A stretch of 64,000 bases of DNA from Chloroflexota bacterium (GCA_025935925.1 JAICUI010000002.1:17588-81587); one strand, 5' to 3'. Counted from the first letter of the stretch, positions 29,791 to 38,286 are shown. Program-made: numbers and translations. The notes: generated from the sequence alone by a model not told the origin.

Positions 29791-30372
29791 ATGACGGACC
29801 TGCTTCCCGTACCCCAGGAGCCATGGCGCGGCGACGAAGCCGTGCCGCCCCGCGCGTCTCAGCGCTCGGCCCTGCGCCGGCCATCGCGCCGCGCCGTCGG
29901 GCTCGCGGCACTCGGGCTCGCCCCGCTGGTCGCGGGGTCGATCGTCGGCGTGGCCACGAACGCGAACGGCCGAGGCTGGTACCGGCGGCTCTCGAAGCCG
30001 TCGTGGACGCCGCCGGACGCCGTCTTCGGGCCCGTGTGGACGATCCTCTACCTCATGATGGGGGGCGCGCTCGTGCTGGTCGCCGGGGACCGCGGTCGAA
30101 CGGCCTCCACGCGCCTGCGACGGGTCGGGCTCGGCGCATTCGGCGCGCAGCTCGTCCTCAACCTCGGGTGGTCCATCGTGTTCTTCGGCGCCCGACGGCT
30201 CCGGCTGGCGCTCGGCGAGCTCGTGGTCCTGTGGGCCGCGATCGCGGCCACGATCGTCGCCTTCGCGCGCGTCCGGCCGGTCGCGGGGCTGCTCCTCGTG
30301 CCGTACCTCGCGTGGACGACCTTCGCCGGCCTGCTCAACCTCGCGGTCGCGCGGCGCAACCCGGGTCGCTGA
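29791..30372 (+). CDS. tspO: TspO/MBR tryptophan-rich sensory protein
   Basis: Motifs WYRRLSKPSWTPP, FGPVWTILY and LNLGWSIVFFG across five TM helices. ATG 29791 is preceded by GGAGGA. It has a ~45-aa N-terminal extension. Confidence 0.85.
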   Translation: MTDLLPVPQEPWRGDEAVPPRASQRSALRRPSRRAVGLAALGLAPLVAGSIVGVATNANGRGWYRRLSKPSWTPPDAVFGPVWTILYLMMGGALVLVAGDRGRTASTRLRRVGLGAFGAQLVLNLGWSIVFFGARRLRLALGELVVLWAAIAATIVAFARVRPVAGLLLVPYLAWTTFAGLLNLAVARRNPGR

Positions 30373-30410
30373 GGTTCGGCGCGGCCCGCCGCGTCCCTAT
30401 ACTCGGGTTC

Positions 30411-31715
30411 GTGGACACCGCCGATCGAACCCCCGCGTCCCTCGACCTCGCGGCCCTCGCCGCGCCCAACATGTCGCCCGTCCTCGGGCGGTACTTCGAC
30501 CGCTCCTGGTCGCACGGCTCGGGGCACCGGCTGTTCGACACCGCCGGCCGCGGCTATCTCGACTTCGCGAACGGGATCGCGGTGACGGCGCTCGGTCATG
30601 CGCATCCGCGGGTGAGCGCGGCGATCCACGAGCAGGTGGACAAGCTGATCGGGCCGGTCCACACGATCGGATTCTCCGAGCCCACCGTCCGGCTGGCCGC
30701 GATGCTCGCCGACACGTTTCCCGATCCGCTGGACACGGTGCTGTTCCTCAACTCGGGGTCGGAGGCCATCGACGGGGCGCTCAAGCTTGCCCGCCGCGTC
30801 ACGGGACGGCCGGGGATCATCGCCTTCCGGGGCGCGTTCCACGGCCGGACGATCGGCGCGGCGAGCGTGACGACCTCGAGCCTCAACTACCGGACCGGAT
30901 ACGAGCCGCTCCTGCCCAGCGTGTACTTCGCCCCGTTCCCGGCGGCCTACCCGGAGTTCGGCGGCGACGACGAGGCGGCCTCCGCGGCCTGCCTGCGGGT
31001 CCTCGAGTCGCTCCTCCAGACGGTCATCGCGCCGTCGGAGGTCGCGGCGATCATCATCGAGCCCGTCCAGGGGGAGGGCGGCTACTACCCGGCGCCGGCG
31101 TCGTTCCTGCGGGCGCTGCGCCGGCTGTGCACGGACAACGGCATCCTGCTGATCGCGGACGAGGTCCAGACGGGCTTCGGGCGGACGGGCGAGATGTGGG
31201 CGTTCGAGCACGCGGGGATCGTCCCGGACGTCGCGGTGCTCGCGAAGGCGATCGCGAACGGCCTGCCGCTGTCGGCGATCGTCACGAGCCGCGACCTCCA
31301 GCAGCGCTGGGGCCGCGGCGCCCACGGGACGACGTACGGCGGGAATCCGGTCGCGTGTGCCGCCGGGATCGCCGTGCTCGAGACGATCCGCGACGAGAAC
31401 CTCGTGGCAAACGCGCGGCTGCGGGGCGCCGAGCTGTCCGGCGGCCTCCGCGAGCTCATGGCCGATCACCCGTCCATCGGCGACGTGCGCGGCCCGGGCC
31501 TGATGATCGGTGTCGAGCTGGTCGCCGACCGGTCGTCCGGCGCCCCCGACGGCGCGCTCGCCGACGCGGTCGCGACGCGAGCGGCCGAGGCGGGGCTGCT
31601 GGTGCTGACGTGCGGTCCGAGCCACCAGGTGGTGCGCTGGATCCCGCCGCTCGACGTGACGGTCCCCGAGATCGAGGAGGCCCTCCGGATCTTCGAGGGC
31701 GCGCTCGAGGGGTAG
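30411..31715 (+). CDS. class III pyridoxal-phosphate aminotransferase (GABA/omega-aminotransferase type)
   Basis: Motifs NSGSEAIDGALKLAR, IIEPVQGEGG and ADEVQTGFGRTG. GTG 30411 was chosen as the start; a downstream ATG is possible. Confidence 0.85.
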   Translation: MDTADRTPASLDLAALAAPNMSPVLGRYFDRSWSHGSGHRLFDTAGRGYLDFANGIAVTALGHAHPRVSAAIHEQVDKLIGPVHTIGFSEPTVRLAAMLADTFPDPLDTVLFLNSGSEAIDGALKLARRVTGRPGIIAFRGAFHGRTIGAASVTTSSLNYRTGYEPLLPSVYFAPFPAAYPEFGGDDEAASAACLRVLESLLQTVIAPSEVAAIIIEPVQGEGGYYPAPASFLRALRRLCTDNGILLIADEVQTGFGRTGEMWAFEHAGIVPDVAVLAKAIANGLPLSAIVTSRDLQQRWGRGAHGTTYGGNPVACAAGIAVLETIRDENLVANARLRGAELSGGLRELMADHPSIGDVRGPGLMIGVELVADRSSGAPDGALADAVATRAAEAGLLVLTCGPSHQVVRWIPPLDVTVPEIEEALRIFEGALEG

Positions 31716-31738
31716 GTGCGGCGAGCGCCGTCCGCGGT

Positions 31739-31933
31739 CTAGCGGTTGCGCGCCAGGAAGGCCATCACGTCGTCGAGGCGGAACCGGCGGTCGCCGCGCT
31801 TGCAGACGCGATAGAAGGGCAGCTCACCCCGATCCCCGAGCCGCTTCACGGTGTTCACGTGGAGATGGAGCATCTCCGCCACCTCGGTGGCCGTGAGCAT
31901 GGGCCCAAGATCGTTCATCACCATCGACGCCAT
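31739..31933 (-). CDS. excisionase/MerR-like helix-turn-helix DNA-binding protein (HTH_17 type)
   Basis: 64-aa protein with MLTATEVAEMLHLHVNTVKRLGDRGELPFYRV ... RRFRLDDVMAFL, the typical Xis/AlpA-type pattern. It lies 185 nt from the 3' end of tRNA-Arg. Confidence 0.7.
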   Translation of the reverse strand: MASMVMNDLGPMLTATEVAEMLHLHVNTVKRLGDRGELPFYRVCKRGDRRFRLDDVMAFLARNR

Positions 31934-32118
31934 TCGTGATCTTGCCTCAGTGTCGGAGCCGGGCTGCGGACTGGGGGCACTGCGGTGCGGTCCGGCTCGC
32001 TGCGAGGGGGAGTGTCGAGGTGAGGAGCGGAGACGTGAAGGGGTACTCTCGGTTCCCCGGTGGTACCCCCACGCTCGTGGCGTCACGGTCGTGAGCCTGT
32101 GGCGCCCCGGAAAGCGTC

Positions 32119-32194
32119 TGGCGCCCCCGGCAGGGATCGAACCTGCGACCTCGGGTTTAGAAGACCCTCGCTCTGTCCACTGAGCTACGGGGGC
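32119..32194 (-). tRNA. tRNA-Arg (anticodon TCT)
   Basis: Manual cloverleaf folding. Acceptor stem GCCCCCG/CGGGGGC, D arm GCTC-AGTGGACA-GAGC, anticodon loop CTTCTAA, and T arm GCAGG-TTCGATC-CCTGC. The encoded 3' end is GCCA. Confidence 0.9.
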
Positions 32195-32283
32195 GTGGCC
32201 CGAGTCTAGCGCCCGCCCGAATCGCGCCCTGCTATGCTCGCCGCCCTCGCGGGCGCCGTGCCCGCGGACCGTCGAGCCCGGGA

Positions 32284-33687
32284 ATGCCCGACCGAGCCCT
32301 CACGACGCGACCCGTCCCCGCCGGCCAGCTCGCGCTCGAGCTGCCGAGCGAGCTGCCCGCGCTCGGGATCGAGCCCGACTGGAAGGGGCAGCCGCGCCTG
32401 TGGGGCCACAGCCTCCACCCGATGTGCTCGTACCTGGCGAGCTTTCCGGCGGCGCTCGCCCACGCGTTCATCGCCCGCTACACCCGTCCCGGCGACGTCG
32501 TCCTCGACCCGTTCTCCGGCCGCGGCACCGCGCCGCTCCAGGCCGTCGCGGAAGGGCGGATCGGCGTCGGCAATGACCTCAACCCGCTCGCGCAGGTCCT
32601 GACCGCCGCGAAGCTCGAGCCCTCGTCGGCGGCCGAGGTTCGGACGCGACTCGCCGCCCTGCGCCTCGCGTGGAACGCGGACGCTGCCGCGTGGCTGGCG
32701 CTCGCCGACGCGGTGAAGGCGACGCCCGTACGGTCCGCGCCGCGCGTCCCGGCCGCGGGCTCGAGCGCCGGTCCCGACGCCGGCAGCGAACCCGTCCCTG
32801 CGGAGGTCGCCGGCTCGTTCCACGCCCGCACGCTTGCCCAGCTGCTCCTCGTTCGCTCGGCGCTCCAGCTCGACGACCCGACGGATCGGTTCCTCGCGGG
32901 CGCGCTCGCGGGGATCCTCCACGGCAAGACCCCGTCGTACCTGTCGACGATCATGCCCAACACGTTCAGCATGGCGCCCCGGTACGTGGCGGGCTTCGTC
33001 GAGCGGACGGGCTATGTCCCGCCCGAGCGCGACGTGTTCGACCGCCTGTCGGCGAAGCTCGACCGCCTCTATCGACAGCCGTTGCCCACATCCTCGGGAA
33101 TCGCGCTCCGGGGCGATGCCCGGACCGCCGGGACGCGGACGCGCGCAGCCCTGCGTGCGCGTGGCCTGCCCGATCGCGCACGGCTCGTCGTGACGTCGCC
33201 GCCGTACCTGCGCGTCCTCCGCTACGGCTACTACAACTGGTTGCGGACGTGGCTGCTGGGATTCGATCCGGCGACGATCGACGAGGCGCTCGATGCCGCG
33301 CACCGTCGCGCGCCGTACCTGCAGTTCCTGCGCGTGGTCCTGGCCGACCTCCGGCCGGCACTCACCGATGACGGCATCGCGGTGGTCGTCATCGGCGACG
33401 TCGAGACCGACCGCGGCAAGCCATCCTCCGAGGGCATCGGGCTCGCGGAACGGGCGTGGGAGGAGGCGGCCCTGCCAGCGGGCTACCGGCTGGCGGGGCT
33501 CGTCCGCGACGAGGTCGCCGCGAACCGGAAGATGACGAGGCTGTGGGGCGATGAAGCCGGCCGAGCGACCAAGACCGACGGGATCCTCGTCCTCGGCGCC
33601 ACCGAGGCGGGGCGCCGCCGGGCACTCGCGGCGGCCGATGTCCCCGTCGACTGGACGTGGCCGCCGACCCGGCTCCGTGCCATCTGA
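32284..33687 (+). CDS. DNA methyltransferase (N4-cytosine/N6-adenine type, motif order I then IV)
   Basis: AdoMet motif VVLDPFSGRGT near the N-terminus and catalytic motif VVTSPPYL about 210 residues later. There is no adjacent nuclease-like ORF. Confidence 0.8.
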   Translation: MPDRALTTRPVPAGQLALELPSELPALGIEPDWKGQPRLWGHSLHPMCSYLASFPAALAHAFIARYTRPGDVVLDPFSGRGTAPLQAVAEGRIGVGNDLNPLAQVLTAAKLEPSSAAEVRTRLAALRLAWNADAAAWLALADAVKATPVRSAPRVPAAGSSAGPDAGSEPVPAEVAGSFHARTLAQLLLVRSALQLDDPTDRFLAGALAGILHGKTPSYLSTIMPNTFSMAPRYVAGFVERTGYVPPERDVFDRLSAKLDRLYRQPLPTSSGIALRGDARTAGTRTRAALRARGLPDRARLVVTSPPYLRVLRYGYYNWLRTWLLGFDPATIDEALDAAHRRAPYLQFLRVVLADLRPALTDDGIAVVVIGDVETDRGKPSSEGIGLAERAWEEAALPAGYRLAGLVRDEVAANRKMTRLWGDEAGRATKTDGILVLGATEAGRRRALAAADVPVDWTWPPTRLRAI

Positions 33688-34151
33688 CCCGTCGCCCCTC
33701 GCTGGCGCGCGACGCGGGTCGGCGACGGCGCGGAGCGCGTTCGCGGGGGTCGCTGGCAGGCGGCGTCTCGCACCGAAGCGCGACCCGCAGCGCACGGGTC
33801 TGCTGCGCGTCCGGCGACGCGACTCAGGGTCGCTGATCCCCGGCATGACGACGCAACGGGGTGCTCGCCGCGCCGGTTCGGCGACCCTCAGTCGCAACTG
33901 GCGCGCCGACGCCCGCCGGCGACCGAGCGCCGGGCGGCCTGCGCCGCCGATCAGCGACTGAGAGTCACATCCTGTTGCGGTGCCGCGCCGCCGCTGCGCG
34001 ACAGGCGCCGTCCCGCGCTGTCGAGCCGCCGATCATTGACTCAGCGCCTGCCCGGGCGGAGGGGTCGCTGGGCGACGCCCGCGACCCGTCCACCGAGCGC
34101 CGTGCACCGGCGCCGCGCGACCCACGGCGCCTCGGCTAGGATCACCGTGCG

Positions 34152-34379
34152 ATGAAGCAGATGTACCCGCCGTCCGACCTGGCCGCCATGGACCCGCTCG
34201 TCCTGATGAAGAACCTGGACCACGTGCGGATGACGAGCCGCCGGTTGTCGTACATCCTCCAGCAGCAGGTCCACCTGTACACGCCCGAGGCAAACCAGCT
34301 GCGCGACCAGATCGACCGGTACGTCGACGCTGAGCGCCAGATCGAGGGCGAGATGGCGAGGCGCCGCATTCGCGCCTGA
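34152..34379 (+). CDS. small hypothetical protein (75 aa, helical)
   Basis: Clean ATG ORF with GC-rich third codon positions and a non-shadow composition (MKQMYPPSDLAAMDPLVLMKNLDHVRM ...). No family recognised. Confidence 0.5.
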   Translation: MKQMYPPSDLAAMDPLVLMKNLDHVRMTSRRLSYILQQQVHLYTPEANQLRDQIDRYVDAERQIEGEMARRRIRA

Positions 34380-34553
34380 CGCGACCAGCCGACGAGCGAG
34401 CCGGGGCTCTGCCGAGCGGCGGATAACCGAACCGCCGACCCAACGAGCGGGGCGCCGACCAGGTCAGGGATCGGCGGTGCCGGCAATCACCGCTCCGGCA
34501 TCGCCGGCGCCGTGGCACGTACCCGCGCGTCGACCGTGCGACGCCGCAACCTG

Positions 34554-34907
34554 CTACGCCGCTCCCGCGGCAAGCACCACGCCCTGGGGCACCTCGTCCG
34601 CCTGCCGCGACGCGGCGTCCATCGCCGCCGCCCGCGCCGCGCGCCGCGCGGCCTGCTCCTCCCCCACGACCCGTGCGACGAGCGCCGCCAGCCTCGGCGT
34701 CTCGAACAGGCTGAACCCGACGCCGACGTCGGCGAGCGCATCCCGTCCCATCCCGCGGAAGAGGCCGCGCGTCGCGACGAGGCACATCTCGTCGTACAGC
34801 TCGGGCCAGCCGACGCGCCGGCGCTGGTAGCAGAACCGGACGAAGGCCTCGGCCTCCACCGTCGAGGATTCAGGAGTCGCGGGGGTCGCGGGGATGGCGG
34901 AGTGCAT
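34554..34907 (-). CDS. hypothetical protein (117 aa)
   Basis: Protein-like core EAFVRFCYQRRRVGWPELYDEMCLVATRGLFRGMGRDALADVGVGFSLFETPRLAAL. No family recognised. Confidence 0.5.
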   Translation of the reverse strand: MHSAIPATPATPESSTVEAEAFVRFCYQRRRVGWPELYDEMCLVATRGLFRGMGRDALADVGVGFSLFETPRLAALVARVVGEEQAARRAARAAAMDAASRQADEVPQGVVLAAGAA

Positions 34908-35087
34908 CGATACGGGTCCTCCTCAACCCTTGGAGCGCGCGCCGAATGTACCCGGGTGCCGGGCGAGACGAGCCCGACCCCCTGGCGCCGAATGAGTGCT
35001 GACGTTCGCCGGTGCGGTTCCTGGGCATCCCGGGCTGCCGGCGATCGGTGAATCCTACGGCCGCGTGCCGGGGGCCGCGCTAGGGGC

Positions 35088-35173
35088 GTATCCACCAATG
35101 TGTCCACCGACTTGTCCACACCCCGATCGACCCCGTGGACAGCGCGGGCGCGGCACCGGGAAGTTGTGGATGC
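35088..35173. promoter_or_regulatory. cluster of five DnaA-box-like 9-mers
   Basis: GTATCCACC (35088-35096). GTGTCCACC (35100-35108). TTGTCCACA (35112-35120), a perfect match to the actinobacterial consensus. CGTGGACAG (35134-35142), reverse complement CTGTCCACG. TGTGGATGC (35165-35173), reverse complement GCATCCACA. Confidence 0.4.
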
Positions 35174-35190
35174 GCCCGGCCCGCGATCCG

Positions 35191-36279
35191 TCAGGGGCGC
35201 GCGTCGGCGCGCAGCTCCACCCCGAGACCGGGCGCCTCGGCGGCGCGCCACACCTTGTCGCTGCCAAGCTCGAGGCCGCTCGCCGGGTCATCGGCGAGGA
35301 GCAGCGACCCGTCGAGGTCCACCCACTCGGCGAGCGGGGCGACGGCCGCCGAGGCGGCCATCACGATCGACGTCTCCTCCATGCACCCGAGGAACGTCCG
35401 GAATCCGAGCTCGCGAGCCCGCTCCAGCATCCGTCGCGCCGGACCCAGCCCACCGCATTTGGCGAGCTTGACGTTCACACCCGCGACGACGCCGACGAGC
35501 GCGTCGAGGTGCTCGATCGTGACCGCGCTCTCATCGGCGACGATCGGCAGCGGCGAGGCCGCCTGGAGCGCACGGAGCAGGTCGAGCCGGCCGGCAGGAA
35601 ACGGCTGCTCGACGAGCTCGACGCCGAGGCGCTCGAGGTCCGGGACGATGCCGATCGCCTCGTCCAGCGACCAGCCCGTGTTCGCGTCGACGCGGATCGG
35701 GCCGTCGTACACGGCGCGCACGGCCTCGAGCGTCGCGACGTCACTCGCGCCGCCCACCTTGAGCTTGAGCGCCGGGAACGAGGCGGCTCGTCGCGCACGC
35801 TCGGCGACGACCGACGGCTCGTCGAGCCCGAGCGTGAAGTCGGTCGGAGGGACGTCGCCCGGCAGGTCGATCAGCCGGCGGACCGGGAGCCCCAGGCGTT
35901 TCCCGGCGAGGTCGTGCAGCGCGACGTCGATCGCGCACTTGATCGCCCCGTGTCGGCCGATCGCGGCGGTCATCAGCCCCTCGGCGTCCTCGAGGGCCGC
36001 GCGCACGTCGTCGACGGACCCGCGCAGGTCGTCCTCGATCGGCTCCAGCGCGTCGAGCAGCAGCGGCGCGACGGCCGCCATCGTCGCCGGCGTCTCGCCG
36101 TAGTACGTGTCGGGGTATCCCTCCCCCAGCCCGAAGGGACCGTCCGGCCCGTCGGCGTCGTCGCGCAGCTCCGCGACCACCGTCGTCACGGACCTCCCCT
36201 CGCCGTGCGACGCCCGCGCGATCACGAACGGGTCGCGCAGGGGCAGCTCCAGCGTCCGAAGCCGGAGCGAGAGGCTCAT
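35191..36279 (-). CDS. enolase-superfamily racemase/epimerase (dipeptide epimerase / N-acyl amino acid racemase type)
   Basis: MLE-subgroup motifs: Lys pair in FPALKLKVGG, metal ligands in VDANTGW, VEQP and IVADES, and a second Lys in VNVKLAKCGG. ATG 36279 overlaps the upstream stop (ATGA). Confidence 0.85.
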   Translation of the reverse strand: MSLSLRLRTLELPLRDPFVIARASHGEGRSVTTVVAELRDDADGPDGPFGLGEGYPDTYYGETPATMAAVAPLLLDALEPIEDDLRGSVDDVRAALEDAEGLMTAAIGRHGAIKCAIDVALHDLAGKRLGLPVRRLIDLPGDVPPTDFTLGLDEPSVVAERARRAASFPALKLKVGGASDVATLEAVRAVYDGPIRVDANTGWSLDEAIGIVPDLERLGVELVEQPFPAGRLDLLRALQAASPLPIVADESAVTIEHLDALVGVVAGVNVKLAKCGGLGPARRMLERARELGFRTFLGCMEETSIVMAASAAVAPLAEWVDLDGSLLLADDPASGLELGSDKVWRAAEAPGLGVELRADARP

Positions 36280-37403
36280 CCGGCGACCGCGGCGGCTGCC
36301 TCGTCGGCGGACGCGACCCACGGCAGCGCCTCGACCGCGGCATCGATCCGTCGCCACAGCGCGTCGCCGCCGAAGCGCACCGGGTCGTCGGCCGGCAGCC
36401 CGGTCTCGGCCTCGGTCGCCTCGATGATCCGGCGGGCGTCGGCCTCGTCCGGGATGAGCGACGTGTTCAGCGCGATGGCGACCACCTTCGACGGTGCGAC
36501 CGTCGACGCGAGCTGCTCGTGGAGCGCGATGAAGCCGGGCAGCGACGCGATCGGGAACCGCCGCTCGGGCAGGTGGTCGAAGTCGTGATCGGCCATCCCG
36601 GGCTTGTGGACCATGACCATGGCGTGCGGCGTGGCACCATGGATCAACCCGAGCGTCACGCTGCTGTACGCCGGATGGTCGAGCGACCCCTGGCCCTCGA
36701 CGATCACCCAGTCGCCGCGCCGCTCGCCTTCCTCCACCAGCGATTCGGTCGCACCCTGGAGGAAGTCGGCGATCACGCGATCGACCGCGACGCCCCAGCC
36801 CTCGATCATCATTCCCGTCTGGCCGGTCGGGACGAAGGACGCCGAACGGCCCGCGGCCGTGGCCGCGCGCCGGAGCTCGAGCGCGACGGACATCTTCCCG
36901 ATCGCGCAGTCGGTGCCGACGGTGAGCAGGACCCGCTTGCCGAGGCCGTGCAGCCGCCCGACCGCCGTCTCGTTGCGCTCCGGCGGCCGCCGGTAGTCGA
37001 CGAGGCGCACGCCCGACCGCTGGGCGGCCTCCGCGAACTCGGGGTCGTCGCCAAGGAACGTGTGCAGGCCCGACAGGATGTCGAGGCCGGAGCGAATCGC
37101 GGCGAGGATCATCACCCGCCACTCGTCGGGCAGCCGGCCGCCGGTCGGCGCGATGCCGATCAGGAGCGCGTCGGCCCGCGGCAGGAACCCGAGCGCCGCG
37201 TTGAGCGAGTCGACGATCGGGATGTCGTAGCGGCCCGAATCGCCGAGCCACTCGCGGACGTTGCGGCCCGCCTGCGTGGAATCGATGACCGCGACGACCT
37301 TGTCGGTCCCGAAGCGGATCACGCCCATCGCCGTCTTGCCATGGTGGAAGCCGAAGTTGCCCTCGGCGAGGATCACGAGGCGGCGATCAGGGGCGGCAGG
37401 CAT
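36276..37403 (-). CDS. DUF1611-family protein (DgcN-like putative N-acetyltransferase)
   Basis: Start at ATG 37403 (MPAAPDRRLVILAEGNFGFHHGKTA). P-loop-like motif VGTDCAIGKMS. The overall pattern matches my memory of DUF1611. Confidence 0.75.
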   Translation of the reverse strand: MPAAPDRRLVILAEGNFGFHHGKTAMGVIRFGTDKVVAVIDSTQAGRNVREWLGDSGRYDIPIVDSLNAALGFLPRADALLIGIAPTGGRLPDEWRVMILAAIRSGLDILSGLHTFLGDDPEFAEAAQRSGVRLVDYRRPPERNETAVGRLHGLGKRVLLTVGTDCAIGKMSVALELRRAATAAGRSASFVPTGQTGMMIEGWGVAVDRVIADFLQGATESLVEEGERRGDWVIVEGQGSLDHPAYSSVTLGLIHGATPHAMVMVHKPGMADHDFDHLPERRFPIASLPGFIALHEQLASTVAPSKVVAIALNTSLIPDEADARRIIEATEAETGLPADDPVRFGGDALWRRIDAAVEALPWVASADEAAAAVAG

Positions 37404-37478
37404 GCGCAGGAGTCTAGCCCCGCGCGACCATCTCCCGGACCGGGTCGACGCGCCGGCGGCGCGTCTAGACTTCGGCTC

Positions 37479-38286
37479 GTGCCTGGCCAGGCGACGGAGG
37501 ACGAATGGCGCGCGATGCTCACGGGCGAGCATCCGGATGTCCTGCGACTGCGCCGGGCGTTCCGGCGGCTGCCTTCACCGCCTCGCTGCAAGCCCTGCCA
37601 CGCTCCGTTCGGGGGCATCGGCGGTTTCCTGGTCAGGCCGGTCTTCGGGCCGTGGCCGAAGAACCCGCAGCTGTGCAAGAGCTGCATCGGCAACATGGCG
37701 ACGATGGGCGTGGGCGGCGCGGAAGTCCCGGTTTCGCTGCTGTTCGCCGACATCCGCGGGTCGACGGGCCTCGGGGAGCGGCTGCGGCCCCCGCGTTCTC
37801 GGCGCTGCTGCACGAGTTCTACGCGATCGCCGCGGCCGCGATCTCCGAGGACGATGGCGTTGTCGACAAGTTCGTGGGTGACGAGGCGATCGGGTTGTTC
37901 ATTCCCGGGTACGCGGGCCTCGACCACGCGTCGAAGGCGATCGCCGCGGGACGCCGCCTGCTGGCGGATGTCGGCACCGCCGGAGCGTCGACCGAAGGAC
38001 CGATCCCGGTCGGCGCCGGCGTCCACACGGGCATCGCGTTCGTCGGGACCGTCGGCTCGAGCACCGAGATCTCCGACTTCACGGCCCTCGGCGATCCGGT
38101 CAACACGACGGCGCGGATCGCGCAGCTCGCAGTGCCGGCGAGCTGCTGGTCTCGGGCGAAGCGGCGGCGGAAGGCGGGCTCGATGCGACGGGCCTCGACC
38201 GCCGCACGGTCGAGGTGCGCGGTCGCGGAGCGCCGCTGGAGGTCGTCGTGGTGACCGTCGGGGATGCGCGCCGTCCGACGAGCTGA
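37479..38286 (+). pseudogene. class III adenylate/guanylate cyclase with N-terminal zinc ribbon, interrupted by two -1 frame changes
   Basis: Frame 1 carries the Zn-ribbon (PRCKPCHAPF ... CKSC) and LLFADIRGSTGLGERL. After a C5 run (37788-37792) the domain continues in the -1 frame (FSALLHEFY ... KFVGDEAIGLF ... GDPVNTTARIAQLA). Near 38129-38136 it shifts -1 again (AGELLVSGEAAAEAGL ... EVRGRGAPLEVVVV), with a stop at 38284-38286. Confidence 0.7.

Noticed and set aside
35088-35173. DnaA-box cluster considered as the chromosomal origin oriC.
   Set aside because: There is no dnaA, dnaN, rpmH or gyrB nearby. There is no AT-rich unwinding element, and there are only five boxes. It is more likely a secondary DnaA site or an unrelated operator.
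31739-35190. Considered calling an integrated mobile element or prophage remnant at tRNA-Arg.
   Set aside because: There is no integrase, transposase or phage structural gene. Only an 11-nt partial att-like repeat is present, and the methyltransferase lies on the 5' side of the tRNA rather than the 3' side. The evidence supports only an accessory-looking patch.
37788-37792. C5 run in the cyclase gene considered as a programmed -1 ribosomal frameshift site.
   Set aside because: There is no slippery heptamer or downstream pseudoknot. A second independent -1 break occurs about 340 nt later at a non-homopolymer site. A pseudogene or sequencing error is more economical.
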